Shown one piece after another: positions 25,642 through 34,536 of a DNA stretch of 40,909 nucleotides (the stretch's first letter is position 1; each line of letters starts with the position of its first letter). The position numbers were made by a program, and so were the translations under genes. Below the pieces are notes generated by a model. That model was not told the origin of the DNA. It ran no database searches and saw only the letters and a list, made by a program, of their open reading frames with translations. The stretch is taken from positions 1 through 40,909 of the forward strand of contig CAZUSU010000036.1 in assembly GCA_964623315.1 (NCBI GenBank), in the 5' to 3' direction. The stretch is from an uncultured Gammaproteobacteria bacterium. Its GTDB lineage: Bacteria; Patescibacteriota; Patescibacteriia; Magasanikbacterales; 2-02-FULL-50-9b.

Positions 25642-26939
25642 TTTCATGGGGAGCGGTGATTATACAAAAATTAAATGCGTGGTTTAAAATTGACACCGCG
25701 TATTATTTGAAAAGCAGTGCACAACTTTTATCCACGTATGGCGTGGATGTACTGCGGGGCATTGTGTTTAATGTTTTGGTGGTGAGCATGTTGGCGAGTG
25801 AACCGAACGGCACGTATTTGTACGGTGAATATAAATTTGTGTTGGGCTTTTTACCTATTTTAACCTACGTTGCGTTACCGGGCGGCTACTATTCCGTCGT
25901 CACAGCTGTGGCACGTGGCGCCGACGGCGTGTTTCGGCGTATCATGCGTCTGACCTATTCGTGGGCATTGCTGGCATTGCCGCTCTGGGGGTTGTTTGCC
26001 TACTATGCCTATTTTTCTGGAAATGCCGTGAAGCCCTTTTTGATTTTGTTGCCACTCGCACCGTTGTATGCGGCCAGCGGAGTATATGTGGCGTATTATT
26101 ATGGTAAGGAACAGTTTGCGCAGAGTGCGCGCATCACCAACAGCATTACCATTCTCACGGTAACGGCCCAGTTGGGAGCGTTTTATTTTTGGCGTGACAC
26201 CATCACTTTGTTGTTGACGTATGTTATTGTGTATTCTGTTTTGCGCGCCGCCGCTGATGTGCGGTTGTGGCGCTCTATACCACAGAATGCTCCGGTGATG
26301 GATGCCGATATTAGTTTTGCAAAAAAAATGAGTTGGATTCAACTTATTGGTGTATTGCGTTCAAACATTGATCGTATTTTGTTGGGATCGCACAAATTTG
26401 GAGTGGGATATGAAATGCTTGCTCAATATGCCGTGGCCGCCGTGCTTCCCGACCAGTTTAAAGCGTTTGTTGCTATTACCAACCAAGCGACTTTTGCACG
26501 ATTCAGCAAGCGAAGCGAAGATATATACGAAGTGCTCAAGCAAAAAATGGGGAAACTCATATTGGTAGCTCTCGCTGGATTTGCGGCGGTTGCCGTTTTG
26601 ACACCGGTGGTGATCCCGCTTATTTTTTCTCGTCAGTATGCTCCAGCCGTCCCTATTTCATTGGCGCTTCTTGCTACACTAATCATGCCGATCATTTCTG
26701 CCCCGTATCTTAATGCGCTTACTGTTCGTAAGGAAGTAAAGAAAATTTTTTGGGTCAACACCATTTTTTCCGTTACCGAACTGGTGGCGCTGATTATTAT
26801 GATTCCACTGTGGGGGGTGTGGGGAGCGGTGGGCGCCAAAGCAATTTCGCGCACCACGTTTAGCATCCTCCTGTTTTATTTAGGGCGCGTCAGTAAAAAT
26901 CCGTGCAGTCCGCCACACACCACCTCCGTGTCCACATAA
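25623..26939 (+). CDS. Wzx/MOP-like polysaccharide flippase (multi-pass membrane protein)
   Basis: About 440 aa and almost entirely hydrophobic helices, sitting inside a glycan cluster. ATG at 25623 overlaps the GT2 stop. The 3' end overlaps the convergent gene by 64 nt. Confidence 0.6.
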   Translation: MAQEKLISWGAVIIQKLNAWFKIDTAYYLKSSAQLLSTYGVDVLRGIVFNVLVVSMLASEPNGTYLYGEYKFVLGFLPILTYVALPGGYYSVVTAVARGADGVFRRIMRLTYSWALLALPLWGLFAYYAYFSGNAVKPFLILLPLAPLYAASGVYVAYYYGKEQFAQSARITNSITILTVTAQLGAFYFWRDTITLLLTYVIVYSVLRAAADVRLWRSIPQNAPVMDADISFAKKMSWIQLIGVLRSNIDRILLGSHKFGVGYEMLAQYAVAAVLPDQFKAFVAITNQATFARFSKRSEDIYEVLKQKMGKLILVALAGFAAVAVLTPVVIPLIFSRQYAPAVPISLALLATLIMPIISAPYLNALTVRKEVKKIFWVNTIFSVTELVALIIMIPLWGVWGAVGAKAISRTTFSILLFYLGRVSKNPCSPPHTTSVST

Positions 26940-27679
26940 TGTTTTTGCCAAAAACTTTTGAACACTGTTTTGGTTCTGTTATAACCGCAAAAGGCGTGGG
27001 GGATTGAGCGTAATTTCCAGAATAATCGGCGATAGAGGCGATTGCGTAATCCGAGGATCGTTAAGCATGAGGTGGGAATGTACAAAATATTTTCAATGCC
27101 CGCCTGTGCCATGGTATCAAAAATTTTGACCCACTCTTTGTCTAAAAACGATGCGTCAATGCGGTACATCAGGTAGAGTTGTTTTTTGAGATCATCGGCC
27201 GCTCGGGTGGCAGACCAGTCCGAACGGGTAATATCAAACAGAATGATTGAATTGCATTCCAAAAAAACTTTTTTTAGAATAGCGACTGCCGGTGCGGAAT
27301 ATTCCGAACAGGTCAGCGCGAGTTCCGGCTTTATTTTTTTAATTTGATACTCAAGGCCGGCGCCACCCACACCGACTGAAAATAATGAGGTGATGCCGAG
27401 CCGTTCAATCAGCCGCGCGATATCCTGTGCGCGTTGTAGGAGTCCGTGATCTTGACCATCTTTGGTGATCTGTATTTCAGCCGCACGGAGCCATTCATTT
27501 CTATTTTCTGAAATAGAAAAGTGCGGGTGGCTTTCGCGTAACAGATCCCACGACTCTTGAGAATTGAGTTCGCCATTTTTGAGCCGCGTCGTGATAGCAT
27601 CAAACGTATAGTAATTTTTTACCGTCAGATGAATCGGCAGGGAATTTAAATATTTGAGGAATCGGATGAGGGGGGACAT
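26876..27679 (-). CDS. Class I SAM-dependent methyltransferase-like protein
   Basis: Glycine-rich motif I SLFSVGVGGAGLEY, followed by an acidic motif II (LTCSEYS). Otherwise unassigned. Confidence 0.4.
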   Translation of the reverse strand: MSPLIRFLKYLNSLPIHLTVKNYYTFDAITTRLKNGELNSQESWDLLRESHPHFSISENRNEWLRAAEIQITKDGQDHGLLQRAQDIARLIERLGITSLFSVGVGGAGLEYQIKKIKPELALTCSEYSAPAVAILKKVFLECNSIILFDITRSDWSATRAADDLKKQLYLMYRIDASFLDKEWVKIFDTMAQAGIENILYIPTSCLTILGLRNRLYRRLFWKLRSIPHAFCGYNRTKTVFKSFWQKHYVDTEVVCGGLHGFLLTRPK

Positions 27680-28947
27680 GAGAGCAGTTGGTTAAATAGT
27701 TCCATTTTTCCCCGCGCGGTAAAATCAATGTCAATGCGCCGCGCTTGTGTTGCCGCATGCGCACCCATTTCTTTGCGCGTCTCGGGTGTCAATTGGTACA
27801 TTTTCAAAATTGCCGCGGCGAGTGCTTCAACATCATTAATGGGTGCGGAGAATCCATTGATGCCTTCCTTTACTACCTCAAAAAGTTCTTGATTATTGTA
27901 GATGACCACGGGCAACCCCATGGCCATCCCTTCTAAAATTGACATCGTCAATCCGCACGCGCGGGGAGTATTTTCTAAATCGGAAAAGGCATCCAGTGAT
28001 TTTAATACGCGCGCCAAATCAAGTTCCGAAAGGCGCGCAAAGAAAAAAATGTGGTCAGACACCCCTTCCTGTTTTGCCATATCCTTCCATTTGGTTGCGT
28101 CGCCCGAGCCGCCGCAGATAACCGCTCCCACGCGGTGTCCGGCTTTTACCAGTTTGGCGATGGCTTGAATAAGGTGGTCTTGGCCTTTGCGAAACTGGAA
28201 CGCCCCGACGTTGCCGATTAAAAACAGGTCAGTCGGTAATTTGAGTTGCGTGCGCAGAGCTGAAACACTTTCTGAAATGTTAAAATCGCACAGATGATAA
28301 TCACTGCCGTCGTACACATACGCAACTTTTTCCTTTGGCGCATACGTAAGCGGACCGCGACAGCAATAGGGGCCGGGCGCAATAATTAAATCGGCAAGGG
28401 CAAGAAAGTTTTTCCAATAGTGGACGCGTTCCGTGTCGTTTAACTGTTTATTAATCCCCATGGATAGGTCGTGAATTTCTGCGTATGAATCAACAACCAC
28501 CGGTATTTGGTGGCGTTTCGCGACCTTTGCAACCATAAATGTTTTGATGAGCATTGCTTCGGATAAAATGATGTCCGGTCGCCACGCGGTTATAACGCCG
28601 TCCATGTGAACGCCGTATGCGGAATATAATAACGCCTCACGCACGTGGTGGCCGTGTGAAATTTTTAGGTAGGCGGTAATCAGCGAAAAATATAACAAAG
28701 GGTTGCGCAAAAAATATTTTACCAAAAAAATTGTTTTGGTTATTTTATTTGGCCGTACCGCGTAATCAAAAAAATATTCAGCGCCGGCATTCAGGTCATC
28801 GGCATTGGTTGGCCGATACACAAAATTGATGGCGACCTCGTGTCCCATCTTTTTCCACGCACCGGCAACGAGAAGCGACAGTTTGGGGACGCCTCCATAA
28901 GGAGGCGGCATGCACTCTCCGGTGGTGCCGGTTATGAGAATTTTCAT
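27646..28947 (-). CDS. Glycosyltransferase family 4/1 (GT-B fold)
   Basis: N-terminal MKILITGTTGECMPPPYGGVPK and C-terminal PRACGLTMSILEGMAMGLPVV. Confidence 0.75.
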   Translation of the reverse strand: MKILITGTTGECMPPPYGGVPKLSLLVAGAWKKMGHEVAINFVYRPTNADDLNAGAEYFFDYAVRPNKITKTIFLVKYFLRNPLLYFSLITAYLKISHGHHVREALLYSAYGVHMDGVITAWRPDIILSEAMLIKTFMVAKVAKRHQIPVVVDSYAEIHDLSMGINKQLNDTERVHYWKNFLALADLIIAPGPYCCRGPLTYAPKEKVAYVYDGSDYHLCDFNISESVSALRTQLKLPTDLFLIGNVGAFQFRKGQDHLIQAIAKLVKAGHRVGAVICGGSGDATKWKDMAKQEGVSDHIFFFARLSELDLARVLKSLDAFSDLENTPRACGLTMSILEGMAMGLPVVIYNNQELFEVVKEGINGFSAPINDVEALAAAILKMYQLTPETRKEMGAHAATQARRIDIDFTARGKMELFNQLLSCPPSSDSSNI

Positions 28948-30074
28948 ACCGTAGATTTTACGAGACGCACCACGGCAAGAAATTGTTCGGCAGTATACGC
29001 CAGTTCTTCCGGTGAAATATCGTTGCCGCTCGGCAGATACATGCCGTCAGCGCCGAGGCGATTCGCCACCGGACACGATGCCGGATCGGCAATGCCTTGG
29101 GCGATAAAAATTTCTTGCTGATTAAAGGGCACAAAATCCTCCCGCGATTCAATGTCACGTTTTTTTAATTCATCTATGATGCGTTTTCGTTTGCCGGACA
29201 ACGCGCCGTTCAAAACGACGTTATACATCCAGTACACATTAAACGCATACGGTTTTTCAATGGGTGTTTGAATGTCCAGTTCGGCGGCAAAGAGGTTGTT
29301 GTAGTACGCCGCGATTTCGCGTTTGCGCCCAATAATATCCTGCACCCGCGTCATTTGCGCGGCGCCAAGCGCCGCTTGAAGATTGGTCATCTGATATTTG
29401 AATCCGATGGCTTGGTGCATGAACTTATTTTCATTGCCAAACGCCAGATTTTTTATGAGGCGGGCGCGCGCGGCCCACTCGTCGTTATTGGTGGTGAGCA
29501 TTCCGCCTTCGCCCGTGGTAATAATTTTGTTGGAGTAAAAACTAAAACAACCAATGTCGCCGATTGATCCCACGACCTGTCCGTTGTAGCGCGCGCCATG
29601 CGCTTCGGCCGCATCCTCAATGACGTACAAATTATGAGCGCGCGCAATGTGCATGATCGGATCCATATCGCAGGGGTGGCCGTACAAATGCACCACGATG
29701 ATTGCTTTGGTGCGCGGTGTAATTTTAGCTTCTAACAATGCTGGATTTATGTTCAGCGTATCCGGTTCTGAATCTATCGGAATCGGTGTGGCGCCTTCAT
29801 ATAAAACGGCAAAAAAAGTTGCCATGTTGGTGAGCGAGGCGACCAACACCTCATCACCTTTGCCAATGCCGAGCGTGGCGATTGCTAAATGTATAGCAGT
29901 GGTGCCGCTGTTTACCGTTGCCGCATGCTTCACCGTGCAAAATTTTGCAAACTCGGACTCAAATTGAGGAATAAATTGACGCGACAGGCCGGATATTTCT
30001 TTTTGGCGCACCGCGTCGCCCACATATTTTTCTTCAATTTCACCCATGAGTGGGCGGGAAACAGGTACAAACAT
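28944..30074 (-). CDS. DegT/DnrJ/EryC1/StrS-family PLP-dependent sugar aminotransferase
   Basis: GDEVLVASLTNMATF, DAAEAHGA, and FSFYSNKIITTGEGG with the Schiff-base Lys. Confidence 0.88.
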   Translation of the reverse strand: MFVPVSRPLMGEIEEKYVGDAVRQKEISGLSRQFIPQFESEFAKFCTVKHAATVNSGTTAIHLAIATLGIGKGDEVLVASLTNMATFFAVLYEGATPIPIDSEPDTLNINPALLEAKITPRTKAIIVVHLYGHPCDMDPIMHIARAHNLYVIEDAAEAHGARYNGQVVGSIGDIGCFSFYSNKIITTGEGGMLTTNNDEWAARARLIKNLAFGNENKFMHQAIGFKYQMTNLQAALGAAQMTRVQDIIGRKREIAAYYNNLFAAELDIQTPIEKPYAFNVYWMYNVVLNGALSGKRKRIIDELKKRDIESREDFVPFNQQEIFIAQGIADPASCPVANRLGADGMYLPSGNDISPEELAYTAEQFLAVVRLVKSTV

Positions 30075-30076
30075 AG

Positions 30077-30457
30077 TTATTTGATAAGAGGTTTTTCAAG
30101 GCGAAATGTATCGCTTTCGTAAGCACTGCCGCGCCGCGGTCCACAGGTAATGGAAAGCGTCACGGATGGTTTGAGCGCGCGGATAGCGTGTGCCTCGTGC
30201 GCCGGATGAAATAAAATATCACCGGCCTTCAGGCGGTGTGTTTTAATTTTGCCGTTCGGCATTTTTTTTGTTTTGCATTCCACCAATCCGCTGATGATAT
30301 AGTCATACTGTGTCGTTTTTTTGTGATAATGGTTGGCGCGAACGGCCCCCGCAACATAGGTGATCAGGGTGATCGTGTCAATTTTTTCTCCCACCAAGAT
30401 GTCACGAATTTCACCACGCGCATCAATAAAATTTGGACGTTTGTTTATTTTTTTCAT
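30077..30457 (-). CDS. Cupin-fold sugar ketoisomerase/epimerase (FdtA/WxcM-like)
   Basis: 127 aa from the ATG at 30457, which forms an ATGA overlap with the upstream stop. Small beta-barrel with the His pair RANHYHKKT. It sits between a C-methyltransferase and an aminotransferase. Confidence 0.6.
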   Translation of the reverse strand: MKKINKRPNFIDARGEIRDILVGEKIDTITLITYVAGAVRANHYHKKTTQYDYIISGLVECKTKKMPNGKIKTHRLKAGDILFHPAHEAHAIRALKPSVTLSITCGPRRGSAYESDTFRLEKPLIK

Positions 30458-31665
30458 AGAAGATCGCCAGTGTGCGGCACAATAAATGCACAGGGTAAAT
30501 GTTTGAGTTTTTCCGTTAAAAAATCTGCAATGTTCCACGGCAAAATGAGCACGATGTCAACGGAGGCATCCAGTGCGTCATCGTGTTGAATGGGAATGTG
30601 TGACCCCGGCGTAAATTTGCCGACCTTGAGGGGTGATTGGTCCGTGATAAAATCAAGCAGTGACGCGTCAATTTTGCAATAATTGAGCAAGGTGTTTCCT
30701 TTGGTTGCGGCACCCACACCAACGACGCGTTTGCCACTCGCCTTTGCTTCATATAATTGGCGGCACAAATTAAATCGCAGACGCTTAACCCGTTCCATGA
30801 AATCTGCATACGTGGCAGAATCATACAGGCCCGCGGCATGTTCTGCCGCAATGAATTCAGCAACGGCCGGATGTTCAGCGCCGCGTCCCACGTATACGCG
30901 GAGCGACCCACCCATGTATTCCGTGCGTTCAACCCGTACAATAGAAAAATGATGAGTATCAAATAATTTTTTGAGCGCTTGTACGCCAAAATAAGAGATG
31001 TGCTCCAAATAGATTGTGTCAAATTCTGTGTTCTGAACTAAATTGAGCAGATACGGAACTTCAAACACAAAAAAACCGTCGTCAGAGAGGACTTGTGCAA
31101 CGGTTGCGACAAATGATTGTGGCAGAGATGCGTGGTTCAGAACATTTGCACACGTCAAAACTTTTGCCTTGCCACCGGCAATAAATTTTGGTACCGCCGC
31201 GTCGGTAAAAAATTCTGCCACGGTGGGAATGCCTTGTGCGTTTGCCAGTGCCGCAATATTGGGTGCCGGTTCAATTCCTAATATGTTGCATCCCGTTTTT
31301 TGGCGAAATGCCGCCAGCAGGGTGCCGTCATTACTGCCAATATCCATGACCACCTCATTCGCGCTCACAGAAGCAAAATCGGAAATTTCTGCCGCCGCAT
31401 CCGTAAAATGTTTTATGGACACCGTCGAGTTGCCGGTGGTGTAGCTGTAATCAATCTTCTGATAGCGTGTTTCTGCCGGCACCACGTATTCAAGACCGGC
31501 GTAGCCGCAGGCAGAGCACAGCCCCACACACAAGGGGTAGGTTTGTTCAGATTCGTTTAAATATTCGGCAGGTAAAAACGTGTCGGCGATGGGATGAAAA
31601 CCCAAATCAATGATGCGCGTGAGTGTCTGTTTTGCACAGATGCGGCAAAGCGTCAAGTCATTCAT
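30454..31665 (-). CDS. NDP-hexose C-methyltransferase (TylC3/TcaB9-like) with N-terminal Cys4 zinc ribbon
   Basis: Cys4 site: CRIC...CSAC. SAM motif VMDIGSNDGTLL. The C-terminal part is like the C-methyltransferase domain (VVGVGAATKGNTLLNY). Confidence 0.7.
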   Translation of the reverse strand: MNDLTLCRICAKQTLTRIIDLGFHPIADTFLPAEYLNESEQTYPLCVGLCSACGYAGLEYVVPAETRYQKIDYSYTTGNSTVSIKHFTDAAAEISDFASVSANEVVMDIGSNDGTLLAAFRQKTGCNILGIEPAPNIAALANAQGIPTVAEFFTDAAVPKFIAGGKAKVLTCANVLNHASLPQSFVATVAQVLSDDGFFVFEVPYLLNLVQNTEFDTIYLEHISYFGVQALKKLFDTHHFSIVRVERTEYMGGSLRVYVGRGAEHPAVAEFIAAEHAAGLYDSATYADFMERVKRLRFNLCRQLYEAKASGKRVVGVGAATKGNTLLNYCKIDASLLDFITDQSPLKVGKFTPGSHIPIQHDDALDASVDIVLILPWNIADFLTEKLKHLPCAFIVPHTGDLL

Positions 31666-31739
31666 ATGCGAATTCCATAGTAACGGATGGTTGGGTGGTT
31701 TGTCAATGAGAAAGCGTCGTGATATTCTCTCTATGAACT

Positions 31740-32615
31740 ATGGACACCGTGTTAGTGTTTGGATCTGCCGGCATGTTTGGTAAAGAATGTGTGGCACGAC
31801 TTACGGCAACAACGCCGTGGAACGTTGTTGGTATTGATCGTGCACAATGTGACATTACCGATGCGGCTGGGGTTGACGCCGTCATACACGCACATCAGCC
31901 GCGTGCCGTTATTAATGCGGCGGGGCGTATAGAATTAGGGTGGTGCGAAGAACATCCGGACGAAGCCACTGCGGTTAATGTCGCCGGCGTCAAAAATATT
32001 GCCGCGGCAGTGGCCGCGCGTCCGACACCGACCCACCTGTTTCATATGAGCACCTGTTACGTTTTTGGAGATGAAAAAGATTTGTATACGGAAGATGATG
32101 AACCGCATCCGATGCAAGTATATGGAAAGACAAAATTAGACGGTGAGCGCGCGATGATTAAAATGTTACAGCATACGCCACACCCGTATTTTATTTTTCG
32201 TACGTCATGGCTCTATGCGGCAACTAAAACGTGTTGGATTGATGAGGCGGTCCAGCGCGCCACGCGGGGCGAATCGTACGCGCTCATCGCCGACCAATAT
32301 AATACCGTGACCCGTTGTCGCGACTTGACCGATATGGTCGTTGATTTTATACTGCATGCGCCTTTGGGTGGCTCCGGCGTGTATCATACCGCGGCGCATG
32401 CGGCGGAAAAGGTCAGCAAGTTTGACATTGGTAAGTTTTGTTTGCGCACCCTCGGGCTTGCCGAATCGTTCGTACAACCCATGGCGAGCGCACAACTCAT
32501 TGTGCCACGGCCGCGCGCCGCGCATCTCGCATCGGTGCGCGCCACTATTTTACCGGACTGTTTTACTTCTTTAACTACCTATCTGCATGAGCAGTATGGC
32601 GCAAAAAAATTATAA
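31740..32615 (+). CDS. RmlD-like NAD(P)H-dependent 4-ketosugar reductase (dTDP-4-dehydrorhamnose reductase family)
   Basis: VLVFGSAGMFGKE Rossmann motif, YGKTKLDGE (YxxxK), 291 aa. A possible TTGTCA-N17-TATTCT promoter lies in the divergent region 31666-31739. Confidence 0.65.
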   Translation: MDTVLVFGSAGMFGKECVARLTATTPWNVVGIDRAQCDITDAAGVDAVIHAHQPRAVINAAGRIELGWCEEHPDEATAVNVAGVKNIAAAVAARPTPTHLFHMSTCYVFGDEKDLYTEDDEPHPMQVYGKTKLDGERAMIKMLQHTPHPYFIFRTSWLYAATKTCWIDEAVQRATRGESYALIADQYNTVTRCRDLTDMVVDFILHAPLGGSGVYHTAAHAAEKVSKFDIGKFCLRTLGLAESFVQPMASAQLIVPRPRAAHLASVRATILPDCFTSLTTYLHEQYGAKKL

Positions 32616-33810
32616 CAAATTAAAGCAGATTGGTGTGGGCGGCGCTGATATGGGTGCGCGCGAACGTGCCGTGGTAATGGACGTATTAAAAAGTCAGCGT
32701 CTTTCCTATGGCCCCTACTGTAAAAAATTTGAGCATGATTTTTCTGCGCGTCATGGGTGTCGGTTTGGCGTGATGATGAACAGCGGCACCAGTGTGTTGC
32801 ACGCGGCGATTGCCACACTAAAGGAAGTGTATCGATGGAAAGACGGCGACGAGGTGCTGTGTCCGTCGCTCACTTTTGTTGCCACGTCCAACATGGTGAT
32901 CATGAATAATTTGAAGCCGGTGTTTGTGGACATTGATGCGCGCGAATACAACATGGATCCGGCGTTGATTGAGGCAAAAATTACCCCACGGACGCGCGCC
33001 ATTGTGGTGGTGCATCTCTTTGGGCAATCAGCGCGCATGGACGTCATCATGAAAATTGCGCGCGCGCATAAGTTGCGGGTGATTGAGGATTCGTGCGAGA
33101 CGGTGTTTGCCTCATATAATAATCGGTCTGTTGGTTCATGGGGAGACATCAGTTGTTTTTCTACCTATGTGGCGCATGTGTTGATTACTGGCGTCGGCGG
33201 CGTCGGGTGCACCAACAATCCGCGCTACTATGAATTGATGCGGAGTTTTATTAATCACGGGCGAGATGCGTCCTATATCAGCATGGACGACGATAAAAAA
33301 TCAGATCCGCGCGCCGTGGAACGCGTTATTATGAATCGTTTTGTGTTTCGTCGGATTGGCCATAGTTTTCGTGTGTCAGAATTGGAAGGCGCGCTCGGTG
33401 TGGCGCAATTAGAGCGTGCAGAAAAAATTGTGGCGGCGCGGCGTGCTCATGTTGCGCGATTACGTGAATTGCTGAAGCCCTATGAAAAGTGGGTTCAGTT
33501 GCCCACGTGGCCGGTCCAAAGTCAGCCGGTGTATATGGTATTCCCGATGGTACTACAACCGGATTGCGGTTTTACGCGGCGCGATATAATTCTATTTTTA
33601 GAGCAACGGGGCATTGAAACGCGTGAAATGATGCCGCTATTAAATCAGCCGGCTTATAAAAAATTGTTTGGCAACATTGAAAAAAAATATCCGGTGGCAC
33701 AATGGATTAATTCACACGGATTTTATATCGGTTGTCATCCAAAAATTGGTGCGGCGCAACTGCGCGTGGTGGCACAGGCGTTTAAGGAATTTTTTGCCGC
33801 ACAAAAATAA
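32587..33810 (+). CDS. DegT-family enzyme with His in place of the PLP lysine (ColD/E1-like sugar 3-dehydratase candidate)
   Basis: GDEVLCPSLTFVATSN and EDSCET are DegT-like. The segment FSTYVAHVLITGVGG aligns with FSFYSNKIITTGEGG of the two paralogs, placing H where they have K. Confidence 0.7.
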   Translation: MSSMAQKNYNKLKQIGVGGADMGARERAVVMDVLKSQRLSYGPYCKKFEHDFSARHGCRFGVMMNSGTSVLHAAIATLKEVYRWKDGDEVLCPSLTFVATSNMVIMNNLKPVFVDIDAREYNMDPALIEAKITPRTRAIVVVHLFGQSARMDVIMKIARAHKLRVIEDSCETVFASYNNRSVGSWGDISCFSTYVAHVLITGVGGVGCTNNPRYYELMRSFINHGRDASYISMDDDKKSDPRAVERVIMNRFVFRRIGHSFRVSELEGALGVAQLERAEKIVAARRAHVARLRELLKPYEKWVQLPTWPVQSQPVYMVFPMVLQPDCGFTRRDIILFLEQRGIETREMMPLLNQPAYKKLFGNIEKKYPVAQWINSHGFYIGCHPKIGAAQLRVVAQAFKEFFAAQK

Positions 33811-33813
33811 ATT

Positions 33814-34536
33814 ATGATAGAGGCGCTACGCCCCACACTGTCCATTGTTTTGCCGACCTATAAAGAGGCGCCCAATTTGCGCGAACTCGTCCCGCGCATT
33901 GAGGAGGCGTTTGCGCAGGTGATGTTTGAGCTAATTATTGTTGATGATAATTCAAAGGACGGTACCGCAGAACTTGTCGCGCGTCTGCAGGAACAATATC
34001 AGAACATTATTTTGCTCCAGCGGCCAAAACCAACGGGCATTGGGTCCGCCATTCGCGATGGCTATAATAGTGCGCGTGGCGAATTTATATTGTCATCAGA
34101 TGCAGACCAAAGTTTTTCTGTTGCTGATATGATGCGTTTGTATCAAAAAATTCAGGAAGGGTATGACTTGGTATTGGGGTGTCGACACGGTGATGGCGGG
34201 GGATACGAGCGGCGTTCTCCTGCGGTGAAAATAAAATATGTGTTGAGTCGCACGGGTAATTTTGTCATTCGTAATTTAAGCGGATTGGGGGTGCAGGATT
34301 TTTCTGCCAATTTTCGCGTTATTCGGCGCGATGCATGGGAACGCATAGAGACGCGCGAAAACACCAATTCGTTATTATTTGAAATGGTGGCCAAGGCGGT
34401 ACGTGCCGGTTGTCGGGTCACGGAAATACCGGTCATCTTTTCGGAACGTAAATTTGGTCAGTCAAAATTAAACATGTGGAAGGAGGGGCCGAAGTTTTTG
34501 GTTAAGTTTATTAAATATCGGTGGCTGGACCTATGA
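33814..34536 (+). CDS. Glycosyltransferase family 2, polyprenol-phosphate (Dpm1/ArnC/GtrB-like) type
   Basis: LSIVLPTYKEAPNL, IIVDDNSKDGT, SSDADQSF. 240 aa. Confidence 0.8.
   Translation: MIEALRPTLSIVLPTYKEAPNLRELVPRIEEAFAQVMFELIIVDDNSKDGTAELVARLQEQYQNIILLQRPKPTGIGSAIRDGYNSARGEFILSSDADQSFSVADMMRLYQKIQEGYDLVLGCRHGDGGGYERRSPAVKIKYVLSRTGNFVIRNLSGLGVQDFSANFRVIRRDAWERIETRENTNSLLFEMVAKAVRAGCRVTEIPVIFSERKFGQSKLNMWKEGPKFLVKFIKYRWLDL

Noticed and set aside
26876-26939. 64-nt convergent overlap between the flippase 3' end and the methyltransferase-like gene 3' end
   Set aside because: This is plausibly just weakly constrained C-terminal tails, and I cannot tell from sequence alone which stop is real. 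It is not evidence of anything special.
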